Shown one piece after another: positions 48,447-59,852 of a stretch of 64,000 bases of DNA. The position numbers and the translations under genes were made by a program. Every line of letters begins with the position of its first letter. The first letter of the stretch is position 1. Under the pieces are notes generated by a model. That model made no database searches. It was given only the letters and a program-made list of their open reading frames with translations, and was not told where the DNA came from. The stretch is from Anolis carolinensis (taxonomy: Eukaryota), in the NCBI RefSeq assembly GCF_035594765.1, contig NW_026943824.1, positions 3,305,666 to 3,369,665 on the forward strand, written 5' to 3'.

Positions 48447-51100
48447 GTAGTAGTAGTATTAGTATTATTATTAACAACATTGAGGCTGGGTGGCCATCTG
48501 TCAGGGGTGCTTTGCTTGTGCTTTTGGTGCACAGAGGCAGAAGGGGATTGGACTCAATGGCCCAAAGGGTATCTTCCAACCCTCTTTGATATTGTTGTTG
48601 TTGTTGTTGTTATTATTATTATTATTATTGCTTGGTGGCCAACTATAGTCCGGCCCTCCAACGGTCTGAAGGATCGTGAACTGGCCCCCTGTTTTAAAAG
48701 TTTGGGGACCCCTGCTCTAGATGATAGAGGAGGGAAATCTGCATCACTATAGTCGAGTTATGTGACCTGAGCAATGTAGACAAATATCATTTGCATTAAA
48801 CAGCTTACTTTTCTGTTAGATTTGGAGAAAGGGAGGTAGTTTCCCTTTCATTGCAAGCCTGTATTTCCACGCAGTCTAAATGGCAAGACATCCTTGTTTG
48901 TGTATTGTCCTATTTCATTGTAACTAGGGAATATTATTCATGGGGGGCAGCCAGAGTTTTAAAAGTAGGATGTAAGCATAACAAATGCCTCATACTATAG
49001 ATGGAGGATAACTGCAGAAGGAGGTTGGACTGCCTAGAGCTTCCAATGAAATCAGAGCAGAAATTTGAACTAAAGACTCCTCGAGCGAACTGACCACTTA
49101 CTTGGGGATTTTGATCTACTAGTTCAGCTTTAGTGAAGCCACTTGGGAGGGCAGGTGAAGGTCAGGCTCTGCTGGCTGAAAAGGCACTTTGCTGCACTCA
49201 TTAGTTCCTCTGCTTTGCTCATTATTCTTGCCCTTGACCGTTCTCTGTGCTCCCTAATGCTGCTCGGTATGTAATACAAGATAATTAAAAGGGTTATTCA
49301 AAATGTACTGCAGAAAAGAGTTGAAAAAAGGGTACCAGCAGGCAACACGCAGATTCCAAATGGTTTTTGACAATTCTTTGTGATGGAGGTTTGGTCAGAG
49401 GTTTGAACCTTTAGCTTCTTCTTCATTTTTAAAATAAAACTGCCTTTCTGTCCCTTTTTTGTTGCAAAAAGCAACAGTCATTAGCACTATGGAAAAGATC
49501 ATTCCTGTGTTGGTTTTATGACCTGTTTGTTTACCATTTGTAATAACTAATGCAGGCTGGGGTGGCGGGGAGATTAATCCACATTGTGTTACTTTAATTG
49601 AAATACTGTATATACTTGAGTATAAGCCTAGTTTTTCAGCCCTTTTTTTAAGACTGAAAAAGCCCCCCTCAGCTTATACTCGGGTGAGGGTCCTGGTTGG
49701 CTTATATTTGGGTCAGCTTATACAGTAGAGTCTCACTTATCCAAGCTAAACGGGCCAACAGAAGCTTAGATAAGCAAATATGTTGGATAATAAGGAGGGA
49801 TTAAGGAAAAGCCTATTAAACATCAAATTAGGTTATGATTTTACAAATTAAGCACCAAAACATCATGTTATACAACAAATTGGACAGAAAAAGTAGTTCA
49901 ATATGCAGGAATGTTATGTTGTAATTATTGTATTTACGAATTTAGCACCAAAATATCACGATATATTGAAAACATTGACTACAAAAATGGCTTGGATAAT
50001 CCAGAACCTTGGATAAGTGAGGCTTGGATAAGCGAGACTCTACTGTATTGTGCTATGCCAATAATATATTGTATGTTCATTTGATTTGTAAGCCGCTCTG
50101 AGTCCCCTTCAGGGTGAGAAGAGCAGGATACAAATGTAGTAAATAAATAGTAAATAAATAATACTACAGTTCTTCAGAAGGATGCTACCTTTCAAAAAAT
50201 TTTTATAAGATGTTGTGCAATCCAAGGAATTTGGAAGGCAATGCATTTAGACAGTCCAATGGCATCTCAGTTCCACAACCTGATTTTTGCAGGATCTGTG
50301 TGAGCGGCATGAGAAAGGAGTTCTGCACAAGCACCAGCGGGCCTTGCATAAATACAGCATGATGAAGCGGCAGATGATGAGCGCCTCAGTACAGAACAAG
50401 GAGCCGGAGTCTGTGGAGCAGCTGGAGTCCCGCATTGTGGAGGTACCGCCCTCTCCCTCTTTTGCAACTCAACATTCAGATCCGTGTCTGTCATGTGACT
50501 CCGGTCTTTCCAGACAGGCCCTATATCCCAGGATCTGATCCCAGGTTTTCTGTTTATTCCAGATTATCTGGCAGTTTGGACTCATATAATGGAGTTTAAA
50601 GCAGAAAACCTGGGATCAGATCCCGGGATATAGGGCCTGTCTGGAAGGACCCTCCATGCCCTCACAGAAATGAACAGTTTTGAGCCCAGACTGAAGAACC
50701 TTGCATCTTGTCTGGTCTTTTGTAGGGAAATTTCTGAAGTGAGAAAGCCAAGATTGCAGTGGTTTGGGAGGGCAAGCAGAGCTGGATGACCAGCCTCATT
50801 ATAATTTTATTCTGAATTTTACTAGGTCAATCTTATCTGGGTATTTTAACCTGATGATTCTATCTTTATATTGCTGCAGCAGTTCCCCCACCTATGAAGT
50901 TGACTGAATTGTATTGGTTGTTTGTTTGATATTATTACTGTTATATTAACTTTTGTTTTATTATCTTATTGTGTTTCAACTTGTGTATATTGTGCTAATG
51001 TATTTATGTTATTACTTTTGTGAACTATGTTGACAGGGCTTTGCCCCATGTGAGACGCCCCGAGTCCCAGCGGGGAGATGGTGGTGGGGTATAAATAAAG

Positions 51101-51149
<49 letters not shown>

Positions 51150-53079
51150 CATTGTTATTATAATTATTGGTCTCCTTGATTATGGGATTTGCTACTCTCT
51201 CCAATTGGCTATGTAGATTTAGGAAATATTACAGTCTTTGCTATTTTGACTGTGTGGAAATACAGATTTGCATTAAGTGTTAATACAGCAATAAGCAGGG
51301 ATTGGGAAACAGTAGGTCCTGACCCCCGTATTCCCATATTGCTGCATCCCCGTCTCCATGCCAGTGCTGTTTGTTCCATTCCCAGTTTATCTATCCCCAA
51401 TCTCTTCTGAAACGAAGACATATATCACCTAGGCTTAGTAATTGGGCATCAAATGGGACGGTCAATCACAAGCTAGTTTTTTTCAGCTTGGGAAGTTCTT
51501 GAAGACTATGACTTTGTTTTTAGCCGTTTATTTTTAGTGTTTTGTTAACATGAAACATACTTACTTTATTGTTTCAAAGGTACTTTAATGTTTTTCAACA
51601 AACAAAAACGACATACTGTTTCCATTTGCTCTTTTCAAGGAACGGAGAGAGCTTGGAAATCCCATTTGCAGTTCCTTTCTGTGAGCTGGAATGTTTGTCT
51701 CTTTATTCCTATGGAGCAGAGGCAGCTCTTCTTGGCTCTGTTGCCCCTCCTGGCCCCCAATTGCCCTTTTGCAACTCTTATTTTGCACTTCCGTACTTGT
51801 TTGCCCAGGATTTAACGTGGCAGGGCTTCTTGTGGACATTCCAGAGCAGAGATCTGAAATGCTGTTTCTGTGTCATCAGAACATCCTGGTAATTAATTTT
51901 TATTCCTCAGCAAGAGAATGCAATCCTGACAATGGAGCTGCGCAATTACTTCTCCCTGTATTGCCTCCACCAAGAGACTCAGCTCATCCATATTTATCTT
52001 CCTCTCACGTCTCACATTTTGGGGGCTTTTGTCAACTCTCAGATCCAAGGGCATAAAGAGGTAAGACTGCTTTTAAATGTGTTGTCCTAAACATAACAGG
52101 GGGGTCTCTTTAGCAGCATCCTGACTGTGGGACTCCCTTTCAAAGGAAGTTGAGTTTCCAGTGACCTTTAATGTTTGAAATTGCTCCGTTTTAGTTTTTT
52201 AATAATAATAATAAATAATAATAATAATATAATAATAATCTTTATTTATATACCGCCCTATCTCCCGGATGGGACTCAGGGTGGTTTCCAATCATAAAAA
52301 CCACACATACATTACATAACAACATAATAACACATTATTAAGCAAGGTGAAACAATACAATTATATAGCAACTAGCTTTGCCCGGCCACGCATTGCTGTG
52401 GCTTATGGGAATCCTTCGTTGGCCAGGTGGAATAGCAGTGAATAGCCTTGCAGTCTCAAAGCCTGGCCATTTTCTGAAGTAGCTAGACCTTTTTGTTGTA
52501 TGAATGTAGAGGCATGGATGAGGGGTTGTGCTGCCAAGTTTAGTGTTTCTGGGCTGTGTAGTTTTGTTGTTTTGTCCTAGGCTGAAATTTCATATATAGA
52601 TAAATAACACTTACACAACCTGATCAAGGGGATGGGAACCATAAACCCAATATATTAAAATGTATCATTGTAGGTAGATAAATCTTGTGCAATATATTCA
52701 GGCACATTGTGGTTTATTATTGTTTTTAGACTGTTTTCTTTATTTAATGGTTCTATTTAAATTGTTCATTGCTTCAGGCAGCTATGTAGGCAAGGAGGCA
52801 ATGTAACAATATGTTAAATATTTCTGAATTGGACATTGTGGCCAGATGTTTACAATTTTTCTTGAAATTCCTCTATAAACACTTGACCTGTTTCCTTTGT
52901 AGTCCCTCTTGTAACTTTCAAGTTTGCCTTTGTGATAGCTCACTCCATTCTCTTCCTTCCTTTAGATGAGCAAAGTCTGGAATGAACTGACGCCCAAGTT
53001 GAGCTGCCTCTTTGCAGGATCCAGCAACATGCAGACACCGCCGTTGTCCACACAGGACGGCAACCTCTTTTCTAGTTAA
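30279..53079 (+). CDS. SNX8: Sorting nexin 8 (PX-BAR), complete spliced CDS (11 exons, 438 aa)
   Basis: join(30279..30306,38186..38376,40454..40571,40806..40927,43169..43249,44407..44567,46080..46212,47064..47132,50293..50442,51911..52060,52966..53079), 1317 nt, phases consistent. PX motif VYRRYNDF...FPYRMVPALPPKR; BAR helices DLCERHEKGVLHKHQRAL. Confidence 0.96.
30556..31121 (+). mobile_element. Internally duplicated (dimeric) MITE; same structure at 33632-34197
   Basis: One pair of TIRs encloses two copies of the internal region. Confidence 0.8.
31670..32574 (+). repeat. Sauria SINE with its internal 102-bp segment tandemly amplified 7 times
   Basis: CATGCAAATGTGAGTAGATCAATAGG at 31797, 31899, 32001, 32103, 32205, 32307 and 32409. 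Confidence 0.9.
34716..35178 (-). mobile_element. Non-autonomous Helitron
   Basis: Same TC...CTAG termini and subterminal hairpin. Confidence 0.8.
36499..37138. mobile_element. Minus-strand MITE with a nested plus-strand copy (36613-36935)
   Basis: Outer halves flank a near-complete inner copy. Confidence 0.8.
38186..38376 (+). CDS. SNX8: SNX8 exon 2
   Basis: DLAKPP...GNPLLLSHTLQELLSKDTVQVELIPEKKGLFVKHVEYEVSSK. Confidence 0.95.
38628..39252. mobile_element. Penelope-like insertion (minus-strand body plus inverted pLTR) in SNX8 intron 2
   Basis: Reverse endonuclease tail at 39005-39115; plus-strand hammerhead core at 39136-39170. Confidence 0.75.
40454..40571 (+). CDS. SNX8: SNX8 exon 3 (GC donor)
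   Basis: RFNCSVYRRYNDFVVFHEMLLQKFPYRMVPALPPKRMLG; donor GAG|GCAAGT. Confidence 0.93.
40806..40927 (+). CDS. SNX8: SNX8 exon 4
   Basis: ADREFIETRRRALKRFVNLVARHPPFSEDVLLKLFLSFSGS. Confidence 0.96.
41142..41750 (+). mobile_element. Solo LTR (609 bp) in SNX8 intron 4
   Basis: TGTTG...CAACA termini; exact 5-bp TSD CTATT (41137-41141 and 41751-41755); internal TATAAA and AATAAA. Confidence 0.8.
43169..43249 (+). CDS. SNX8: SNX8 exon 5
   Basis: DVQNKLRELVQGVGDEFMICKLATQAK. Confidence 0.95.
44407..44567 (+). CDS. SNX8: SNX8 exon 6
   Basis: DFLPADIQVQFAASRELIRNIYNSFYKLRDRAERIASRAVDNAADLLIFGKEL. Confidence 0.96.
45325..45809 (-). mobile_element. Non-LTR retrotransposon 3' fragment (RTE-X-like Cys/His C-terminus) with 12-bp TSD
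   Basis: TGRYCNIPRNERFC...EDIEHFLIDCPAY; flanked by CAGATCCCAGTA at 45313-45324 and 45810-45821. Confidence 0.75.
46080..46212 (+). CDS. SNX8: SNX8 exon 7
   Basis: ALGSDTTPLPSWAALNSSAWGNLKQALRGLSVEFALLADKAVQQ. Confidence 0.96.
47064..47132 (+). CDS. SNX8: SNX8 exon 8
   Basis: GKQEESDVVEKLNLFLDLLQSYK. Confidence 0.95.
47312..48101 (+). mobile_element. Non-autonomous hAT (Charlie-like) transposon
   Basis: TIR CAGGGGTCCCCAAACT...AGTTTGAGGAACCCTG; 8-bp TSD CTCTAGAT. Confidence 0.85.
48110..48714 (+). mobile_element. Second non-autonomous hAT transposon carrying CR1-tail tandem repeats
   Basis: TIR CAGGGGTCCCCAAACT...AGTTTGGGGACCCCTG; TSD CTCTAGAT on both sides. Confidence 0.85.
50293..50442 (+). 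CDS. SNX8: SNX8 exon 9
   Basis: DLCERHEKGVLHKHQRALHKYSMMKRQMMSASVQNKEPESVEQLESRIVE. Confidence 0.96.
51911..52060 (+). CDS. SNX8: SNX8 exon 10
   Basis: QENAILTMELRNYFSLYCLHQETQLIHIYLPLTSHILGAFVNSQIQGHKE. Confidence 0.96.
52372..52600 (-). mobile_element. Short non-autonomous Helitron
   Basis: Same termini and hairpin. Confidence 0.7.
52966..53079 (+). CDS. SNX8: SNX8 exon 11 (TAA stop)
   Basis: MSKVWNELTPKLSCLFAGSSNMQTPPLSTQDGNLFSS*. Confidence 0.95.
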   Translation: MSKVWNELTPKLSCLFAGSSNMQTPPLSTQDGNLFSS

Positions 53080-53635
53080 TGCTTTAGAACTCTGGAATGA
53101 GTGTGGTGGGGAGAGCCATGGGGAAAGCCTATGCAATTTGCAAATAGTTGCACGGAGTTTGTCTCCCATTAGCTACGTTTGTACTTTTTGCCCCCTTCGC
53201 TGCTTTGAGCTGCTCCATGATTTATGGGCTGCCGGGAAATGTGATAAGTGCATAGAGTGAAAGACTCGCTCTCTTTTTAAATTATTTTAGTTTCCATTTT
53301 GAAGTTCTCCATGGTAGGGATGACTTTCCTTATGTCAAAAGCGTTTGTTTGTGCTACACTTGACAGAGTGCTAGGAATCTTCTGTTGCTGATTTACTATG
53401 GGATGGGAAACCTGCAGCCCTCCATGTTTTGGACTTCGGCTCCTATCAATCCTCAGCAGCTTGCCTAAATGATTAACCTGTGGAAGGCCACAGGTTCTCC
53501 ATCCTTTTTATATACTTTAATTTTACTTTGGCCCAAATATAATGATTTAGCCATACAACTGTCTAGTGCTAAGCTCATGCACAGTGTGTGTGTGTGTGTG
53601 CGTGAGAGAGGGAGAGAGAGAACCACAAACCCATA

Positions 53636-53796
53636 GGGCCCTTCCACACAGCCATATAAACCAGAATATCAAGGCAGGAACTCCCACAATATCTGCTTTG
53701 AACTGAGTCCACACTGCCATATATTGCAATTCAAAGCAGATATTGTGGGATGTCCTGCCTCAATATTCTAAGTTATATGGCTGTATGGAAGGGCCC
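53636..53796. mobile_element. Palindromic MITE (possibly PIF/Harbinger-type) in the SNX8 3' region; relatives at about 12893-13010 and 50500-50652
   Basis: GGGCCCTTCCACACAGCCATATAA...TTATATGGCTGTATGGAAGGGCCC long inverted termini. Confidence 0.65.
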
Positions 53797-56700
53797 ATGG
53801 ACAAATATTACGCTTTGCAGACAGAAAATCTCAAGTTCAGTTCTGGGCATTTCCAATTAATAGGAGCAGGTAGTAGGGAACAGGAATGAGACTGAGAACG
53901 TGGAAAGTTGCTGTTTGCCAGAAGAAATAATGCTGGACTGGCCAAAGCCTGACCTGATATAAGGCAACATCTCTGGACACCAAACTGGAAGAGGCTGTCT
54001 GAAGGTAAGGGTGAGCAGGTGAGCTCCATGGGCCAAATTTGACACACAGATAGGATCAAGTTTTGTCTAGATAATCCAGTTGCTCCTGACACACACACAA
54101 AAGCCTTATTTGCTAGCATTACCAGCTGCAGACTTGGGAGTGTATAAAGCAATGCTTTTAAGCGGGCTGAAGACTGTTTGGTGCTTGTAAATAATATTTT
54201 GACACTCCATATTCCTATTTGTACACTTGCACCTGACTATAACATCTTCCTGTTCGGCAATCCCAAGATATATAAAAATGTACGCTGGTGAAAAAGAGAG
54301 CAGTAAGCTATATTGCAAAATGCCGGTGTTAAAATCTGCCTGTCTTGGGCAACACAGCACTTATTATACATTTGAAGACTCCTTTGTGGATGCCTCAAAC
54401 CATGACTAGTACCAAACCTATACTAAGTGTTATTTTCAGAATTTCATTTAACCACAGGTGTAACTGAAACAGTTTGAAAGCAACCAGCTTTGTTGTTAAT
54501 CTGTTTTGAATGTTTTAAGCAAAAAAAAGTTAAAATTGAATTTCGATTGCAATTATAATATTTGTATCAACACATTATTTATTTAACAAAATTCAGTGTT
54601 TGCTGTTTGATTTCTTTTTAAAATTTTGGCAACGCCAACTATGTAAATATATAATCCCAGCCCTTTCCCAGCGTTCTTCGTTTTTTCCTCATTGGGATTA
54701 TATTTAATACAGATGTTATCATTTTCATTGGTGTGCATCTGATGTTCTTGGCGACATGTTTTTCTTGCTCATTGGGCTGTGTGTTGTTCCTCTCCCAATT
54801 GATTTTGTTTATGTATTCATTCATTCATTCCTGAATAGTAATGAGCTGTTTTTATATGTTTCTGTATGTGGAATATCTTACTCAGAAGGGTGATGTGACA
54901 ATCCACTTGAAGGAGCTCAGAGATTCCTAGCTACAAAGGGATGTGTGACGTGTTTGCCTCATTTGTGCCTTTCAAGTGTGCAAGATATACTTGTGAGGAT
55001 GACCCCCTGTTGTCAAATATATTGGCAAAGAGCTAGATCCTTCCTGAGAGAAGCCTTGCAGTTGAATGTGATGAAAGCCTCTTTGTTGGGATTTCTGCTT
55101 TAGGTCATGGTTTGAAGATGTTGTGTGAGTGCCTATTCCTACCAAGACTCTCTTTCACTTGATTGAATGTCACTGTGTCAAACTCATAGATTAGGATAAG
55201 GACAGACCAGACAAGTGTATTAAAGGGATCTCTTTTATCCAAAGGATTTTTTTTTAAATTTTCCGAAGAGGGAAAGTCTAACAAATCCACAGCAGGATCA
55301 CTGTCTGTAAAGTTACTGAATTAAATCCCTTGCTATGTATTTTTTTTAAAGCAAAGTGTTCAAAGCACAGGAAGGTTAAAAGGAACATGATGCCTTTTAA
55401 AAACTAAAGTGGTAGAGGAAACAAAACAGTATTGAATAGATTGCTTTGCACAAATCTGTCTTGCACATTTCAAAGCTAGTATTTGTACTGCTTTCCATTG
55501 TGATAGCTTTTTATTGGTAACTCATTCATGCTTTAGTTAAGATAAGACTTACTTGTCACCAAGTGCTTTGGGCAAGGGAGAGCCAGTACAGTAAAGGGCT
55601 TTAAGTTCAGGACTATGACTGGACAACTGGGTTCGAATCTTGAACACACTGACTGGCGTGAGTCAGGCTGAAACCAGCTCAGAGGCCCACGCAATATACA
55701 TTTCTTTACAAAAAAAGAGAGCTGCCTTAGTCTTGATATGTTAATACAGAACATTTGTAAATGTTTTTATAATGGAGATTTAAAGTATTATTTTTATATA
55801 TTATTCTTCAGTCACAGCTGTGAGGATTTTTCTTTTCTTTAGATAAGCTCATTGTTTTGAAGCTTTAGAAGAGGCTTCAAAACAGCTGAATAGTTTCTTC
55901 AGTGAAAAACAAAGCCATTGAGGATTGGTCTATTGGAAAATGGTGTTCAAAAAAAGGGAGAAATACCGCAACTAGACAAATGGCTTATTGTTCTTCTAAG
56001 CACACTTTGTGGATGGGGCTGGCAAAGTGTTTTGGTCATGTTTGTGCCAAGAAACAGCCATGAGTTTCCTAGTTTAAAAAGAATAGCTGGGCAGCATATG
56101 AAGAGGTTGCTTTGGATTCTATTAAAATATTGTTAAAACTGCACAGCCTTTATATTTGAGTGGGGATGAGCAAATGTCACTCACAACACCTGCTTTCACG
56201 TATATTGTATTAAGAGAAATCACATCAGGATGGTGGTGAAGCTAACATATATCTCCCCTCTGTCCCTTAAGGTATACAATGCTATAATGCTCCAAGAAAA
56301 GTTTGCCTAGTTTCTACTATAAGAGCAGCTTTGGGAGTCTTTATACTACTTGAGAAGTACCACTAGACTCCTAGTAGTTTTTGTGGCTACCTCTCCCCCT
56401 GAGAAATTTAAACTTCTTTTGAAGAACTCAGGACCTAAAGGGAATATAGATAAAAGATCTGTGACTTAAGAGGGACATCTGCATGCCTTGTGGAAGGACT
56501 GCCAAACAAATGTTTAAACCTTGCCTTGGATTTTGCTCAAAGACGGATGTTTTCCCTTTTAGATTTTGCCAACGCTGTGCCTTCTGCCCTTTTGTAAAAG
56601 TAGTCTTGCTAATGTTTTTTTTACAAAACAAAGCACTTTATTAAACCGCAGGAATGCCTTAATACAGCTGGTAGACTACAGAAATGTTTACAGAGTTATG

Positions 56701-57352
56701 ACATTCCCAAAAAATGCTATCAAATGTTACAAAAATATGTATTTTTAAGAGATCTGTAAAACCTGTATAAAACATTGAGAAATTTAATCAGTTGTAAATG
56801 TGTTATTTGTTTTCTGATCACTGTGTCCGCAACAGTAAATGGATAGTGCTTGGTCTCTTCAGCCACGGTTCTATGATCTGGTTTGTGCCTGGGATGTGCC
56901 ATTATCTTTACCCTCCTACCAGTATTTCCAGGATTTTTCCTCAAAAGTTAATTCACTAATCTGTGGCCACTGAACATGTTTAAGTCATCGCTTAACTGCT
57001 TATGTGGTTCTAGCTGTTCAGCAGCTTTTCCTCTTTAAAAGGCAATTCTTACACAAATTTGGCATTTGGAAGAAAGCTAAATTATGCCACGTACTTAAAA
57101 CAAGTCAGGGAAATTGCAAAAGCCAACCAGAGAGGAATACCCCAGAGCAAGGCCACTGAACATGCATTTAGAAGAATGGTCCTTTCTTTTCCTGAAGATG
57201 TCTGTCCAATGTCCGCTTGTTACCGAGTTGTTTCCTTTGGTAAAGAGTTTATAACAAAGGCTATTTGTATGAAAATGTAATCATTTGCCTCTACCCAATA
57301 TGGGCTATGATTTAAATTCAGCCAGTCAGCCTCTGTTCTTCTCAGTCTCCTC

Positions 57353-57525
57353 TTATACATTCTCCACCTCCTTCAGGGTATAGTCTAAGATCGTGTCCTG
57401 CCCCTGGAACTTAAAATAGCCATGGAACCGCTTCTTCTGGAGCAGAAGGGGAAACCAGTAAGTGTCATCTGGCCACATGCTCTTGAAGGGCACCTGGTCC
57501 AGTTCAAACCACTGTGGGCACATTT
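57353..57525 (-). CDS. NUDT1: NUDT1 third coding exon
   Basis: [57 protein letters not shown]. Confidence 0.95.
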
Positions 57526-59045
57526 CTATAAAGAGAAGAGACAGACAGATAAACAAGAAAGATTAATTAAAGATGGGAACAGACCATTAGTTTTTATAAA
57601 GTCCCCATCTGTCTTTTGTTCTGTCAAAAGAATCTGCTGTGTGACACTCCATCTGGAGCAGTGGGTTCTGAAAGCTTATAAGCAAGGGAAGTCCACTGTG
57701 GAAGATTTGCTAGAGGGCATTTGGAAGATTAATAGGAAATTACAGTAGAGTCTCACTTATTCAAGCTAAACGGGCCGGCAGAAGCTTGGATAAGCGAATA
57801 TCTTGGATAATAAGGAGGGATTAAGGAAAAACCTATTAAACATCAAATTAGGTTATGATTTTACAAATTAAGCGCCAAAACATCATGTTATACAACAAAT
57901 AATTTGACAGAAAAAGTAGTTCAATACGCAGTAATGTTATAATTACTGTATTTACGAATTTAGCACCAAAATATCACGATATATTGAAAACATTGACTAC
58001 AAAAATGGCTTGGATAATCCAGAAGCTTGGATAAGTGAGGCTTGGATAAGTGAGACTCTACTGTACAACATAACATTTATCCTGACAAGGCCAGGATGGG
58101 CTTCATAGATGGTAGAAATATTACTATCATTATTAATAATAATATTTCTTATTTGCCTCTCCCTGTGGTGGGTTACAACATAGCTTTTTTTATCGCATCA
58201 GAAGCGACTTGGAAACATACTGCAAGTCGCTTCCGGTGTGAGAGAATTGGCCGTCTACAGTGATGTTGCCCAAAGGATGCCCTGATGTGTTATCCTGCTG
58301 GGAGGCTTCCCTCGTATCCTTGCAAGCTAGAGCTGACAGACAGGAGCTCACCCTGTCTCGCGGAACTGAAACAGCAACCTTAAGGAATACAAAAAACAGA
58401 AGTACAAAGAGTTGTGAAGTACAAGAAAAGAGGAGAAAATATGCTGCCGCTGTCGTCTTCGTCTCTACCTTCGCTTTCTGTGGGATCTCCCTGGAAGCTG
58501 TCAGCCCGGAAGATGTGGACTTCCATCAGCTCCATGTTGCCTACGAACTCAAAGGTGATCTTGCCCGTCTTTTCTAAAGAATCCACAGTCAGTCCACACT
58601 CCTCTTGGAGCTCCCTGCATGTTGAAGCAGAAGCAATACCCGTTTTGTTCAGAAATTCCCCTTCCAATTTTATATCTGGGTTGTTGTGAGTTTTCCAGAC
58701 TGTATGGCCATGTTCCAGAAGCATTCTCCCCTGACGTTTTGCCATATCGATAGCAGGCATCCTCAAAGGTTGTGAGATCTGTTGGAAACTGGGCAAGTGG
58801 GGTTCATATATCTGTAGAATTCCAGGGTGGGAGAAAGAACTCTTGTCTGTTGGAGACAAGTGTGAATATTGCAAGTAATCACCTTGATTAGCACTGAATA
58901 GCCTTGCAACTTCAAAGCCTGGCTGATTCCTGTCTGGGGGAAATCCTTTGTTGGGAGGTGTTAACTGGACCATGATTGTTCCTTGTCTGGAAAACTCACA
59001 GCAACCCAATACTTATTACTTGGAACAATTATATTCTATTCTAAT

Positions 59046-59077
<32 letters not shown>

Positions 59078-59852
59078 TTATATGTTTGTATCTCTGTAAT
59101 GGAGTCTGGGAACAATTATATTCTATATTAATTATATGTTATATATACAGTATTGATTATATGTTTGTATCTCTGTCATGGGGACATGGAACTATNNNNN
59201 NNNNNNNNNNNNNNNNNNNNNNNNNNNNNNNNNNNNNNNNNNNNNNNNNNNNNNNNNNNNNNNNNNNNNNNNNNNNNNNNNNNNNNNNNNNNNNNNNNNN
59301 NNNNNNNNNNNNNNNNNNNNNNNNNNNNNNNNNNNNNNNNNNNNNNNNNNNNNNNNNNNNNNNNNNNNNNNNNNNNNNNNNTATCTCTGTCATGGGGACA
59401 TGGAACTATAAAATTCTATAATATATACATATATATATATATATATGTAATGAAGTCTGGGAACAATTATATTCTATATTAATTATATGTTATATATATT
59501 ATTGATTATGTTTGTATCGCTGTCATGGGGACATGGAACAATTATATTCTATATTTATTTAGTTTATTGATTATATATTTATTTGTATATCTGTAATGGA
59601 GACTGGGCACAATAGGGGAGTTAGTGGATGGGGAAACAATATAAAACCATACATTTGGATAAACTCACAGCAACCCATTCGTTATGATTGTTGTTCTGAC
59701 CTCCTGGCGGCCTGCTCGATGGTCTCCCCCGGCTGGACTTTCCCTCCGAAGCCATTCCATCGCCCGGCCCCAAAGCCACGCTTCTTCATCCCCAGCAGGA
59801 CCCTCTGTGGCTGCAGAACCAGCACTAAAGTGAATAGCTTGCTCGTCGCCAT
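57353..59852 (-). CDS. NUDT1: Nudix hydrolase 1 (MTH1, 8-oxo-dGTPase), complete CDS, 156 aa
   Basis: complement(join(57353..57525,58469..58614,59701..59852)) = 471 nt. Nudix box [23 protein letters not shown] spans exons 1 and 2; C-terminal [16 protein letters not shown]. Confidence 0.96.
57743..58063 (+). mobile_element. Non-autonomous Tc1/mariner (pogo/Tigger-like) MITE of about 320 bp; other copies at 6531-7086, 23399-23711, 31329-31651, 49723-50045
   Basis: TIR CAGTAGAGTCTCACTTAT...ATAAGTGAGACTCTACTG with TA target duplication. Confidence 0.85.
58190..58380 (-). mobile_element. Second SINE family copy (related copy at 39915-40055)
   Basis: Shared GCAAGT(C/T)GCTTC.GGTGTGAGAGAATTGG core; T-run at the left end. 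Confidence 0.6.
58469..58614 (-). CDS. NUDT1: NUDT1 second coding exon
   Basis: [48 protein letters not shown]. Confidence 0.95.
58678..59008 (-). mobile_element. Degenerate Penelope pLTR in a NUDT1 intron
   Basis: Homologous to the other pLTR copies in the window. Confidence 0.7.
59020..59600. repeat. AT-rich minisatellite spanning an assembly gap (N run 59196-59381)
   Basis: Repeated GGAACAATTATATTCTAT...TGTATCTCTGTCATGGGGACAT units on both sides of the gap. Confidence 0.8.
59701..59852 (-). CDS. NUDT1: NUDT1 first coding exon
   Basis: [50 protein letters not shown]. Confidence 0.95.

Noticed and set aside
58948-59482. ORFs containing X runs
   Set aside because: Artefacts of the N gap at 59196-59381
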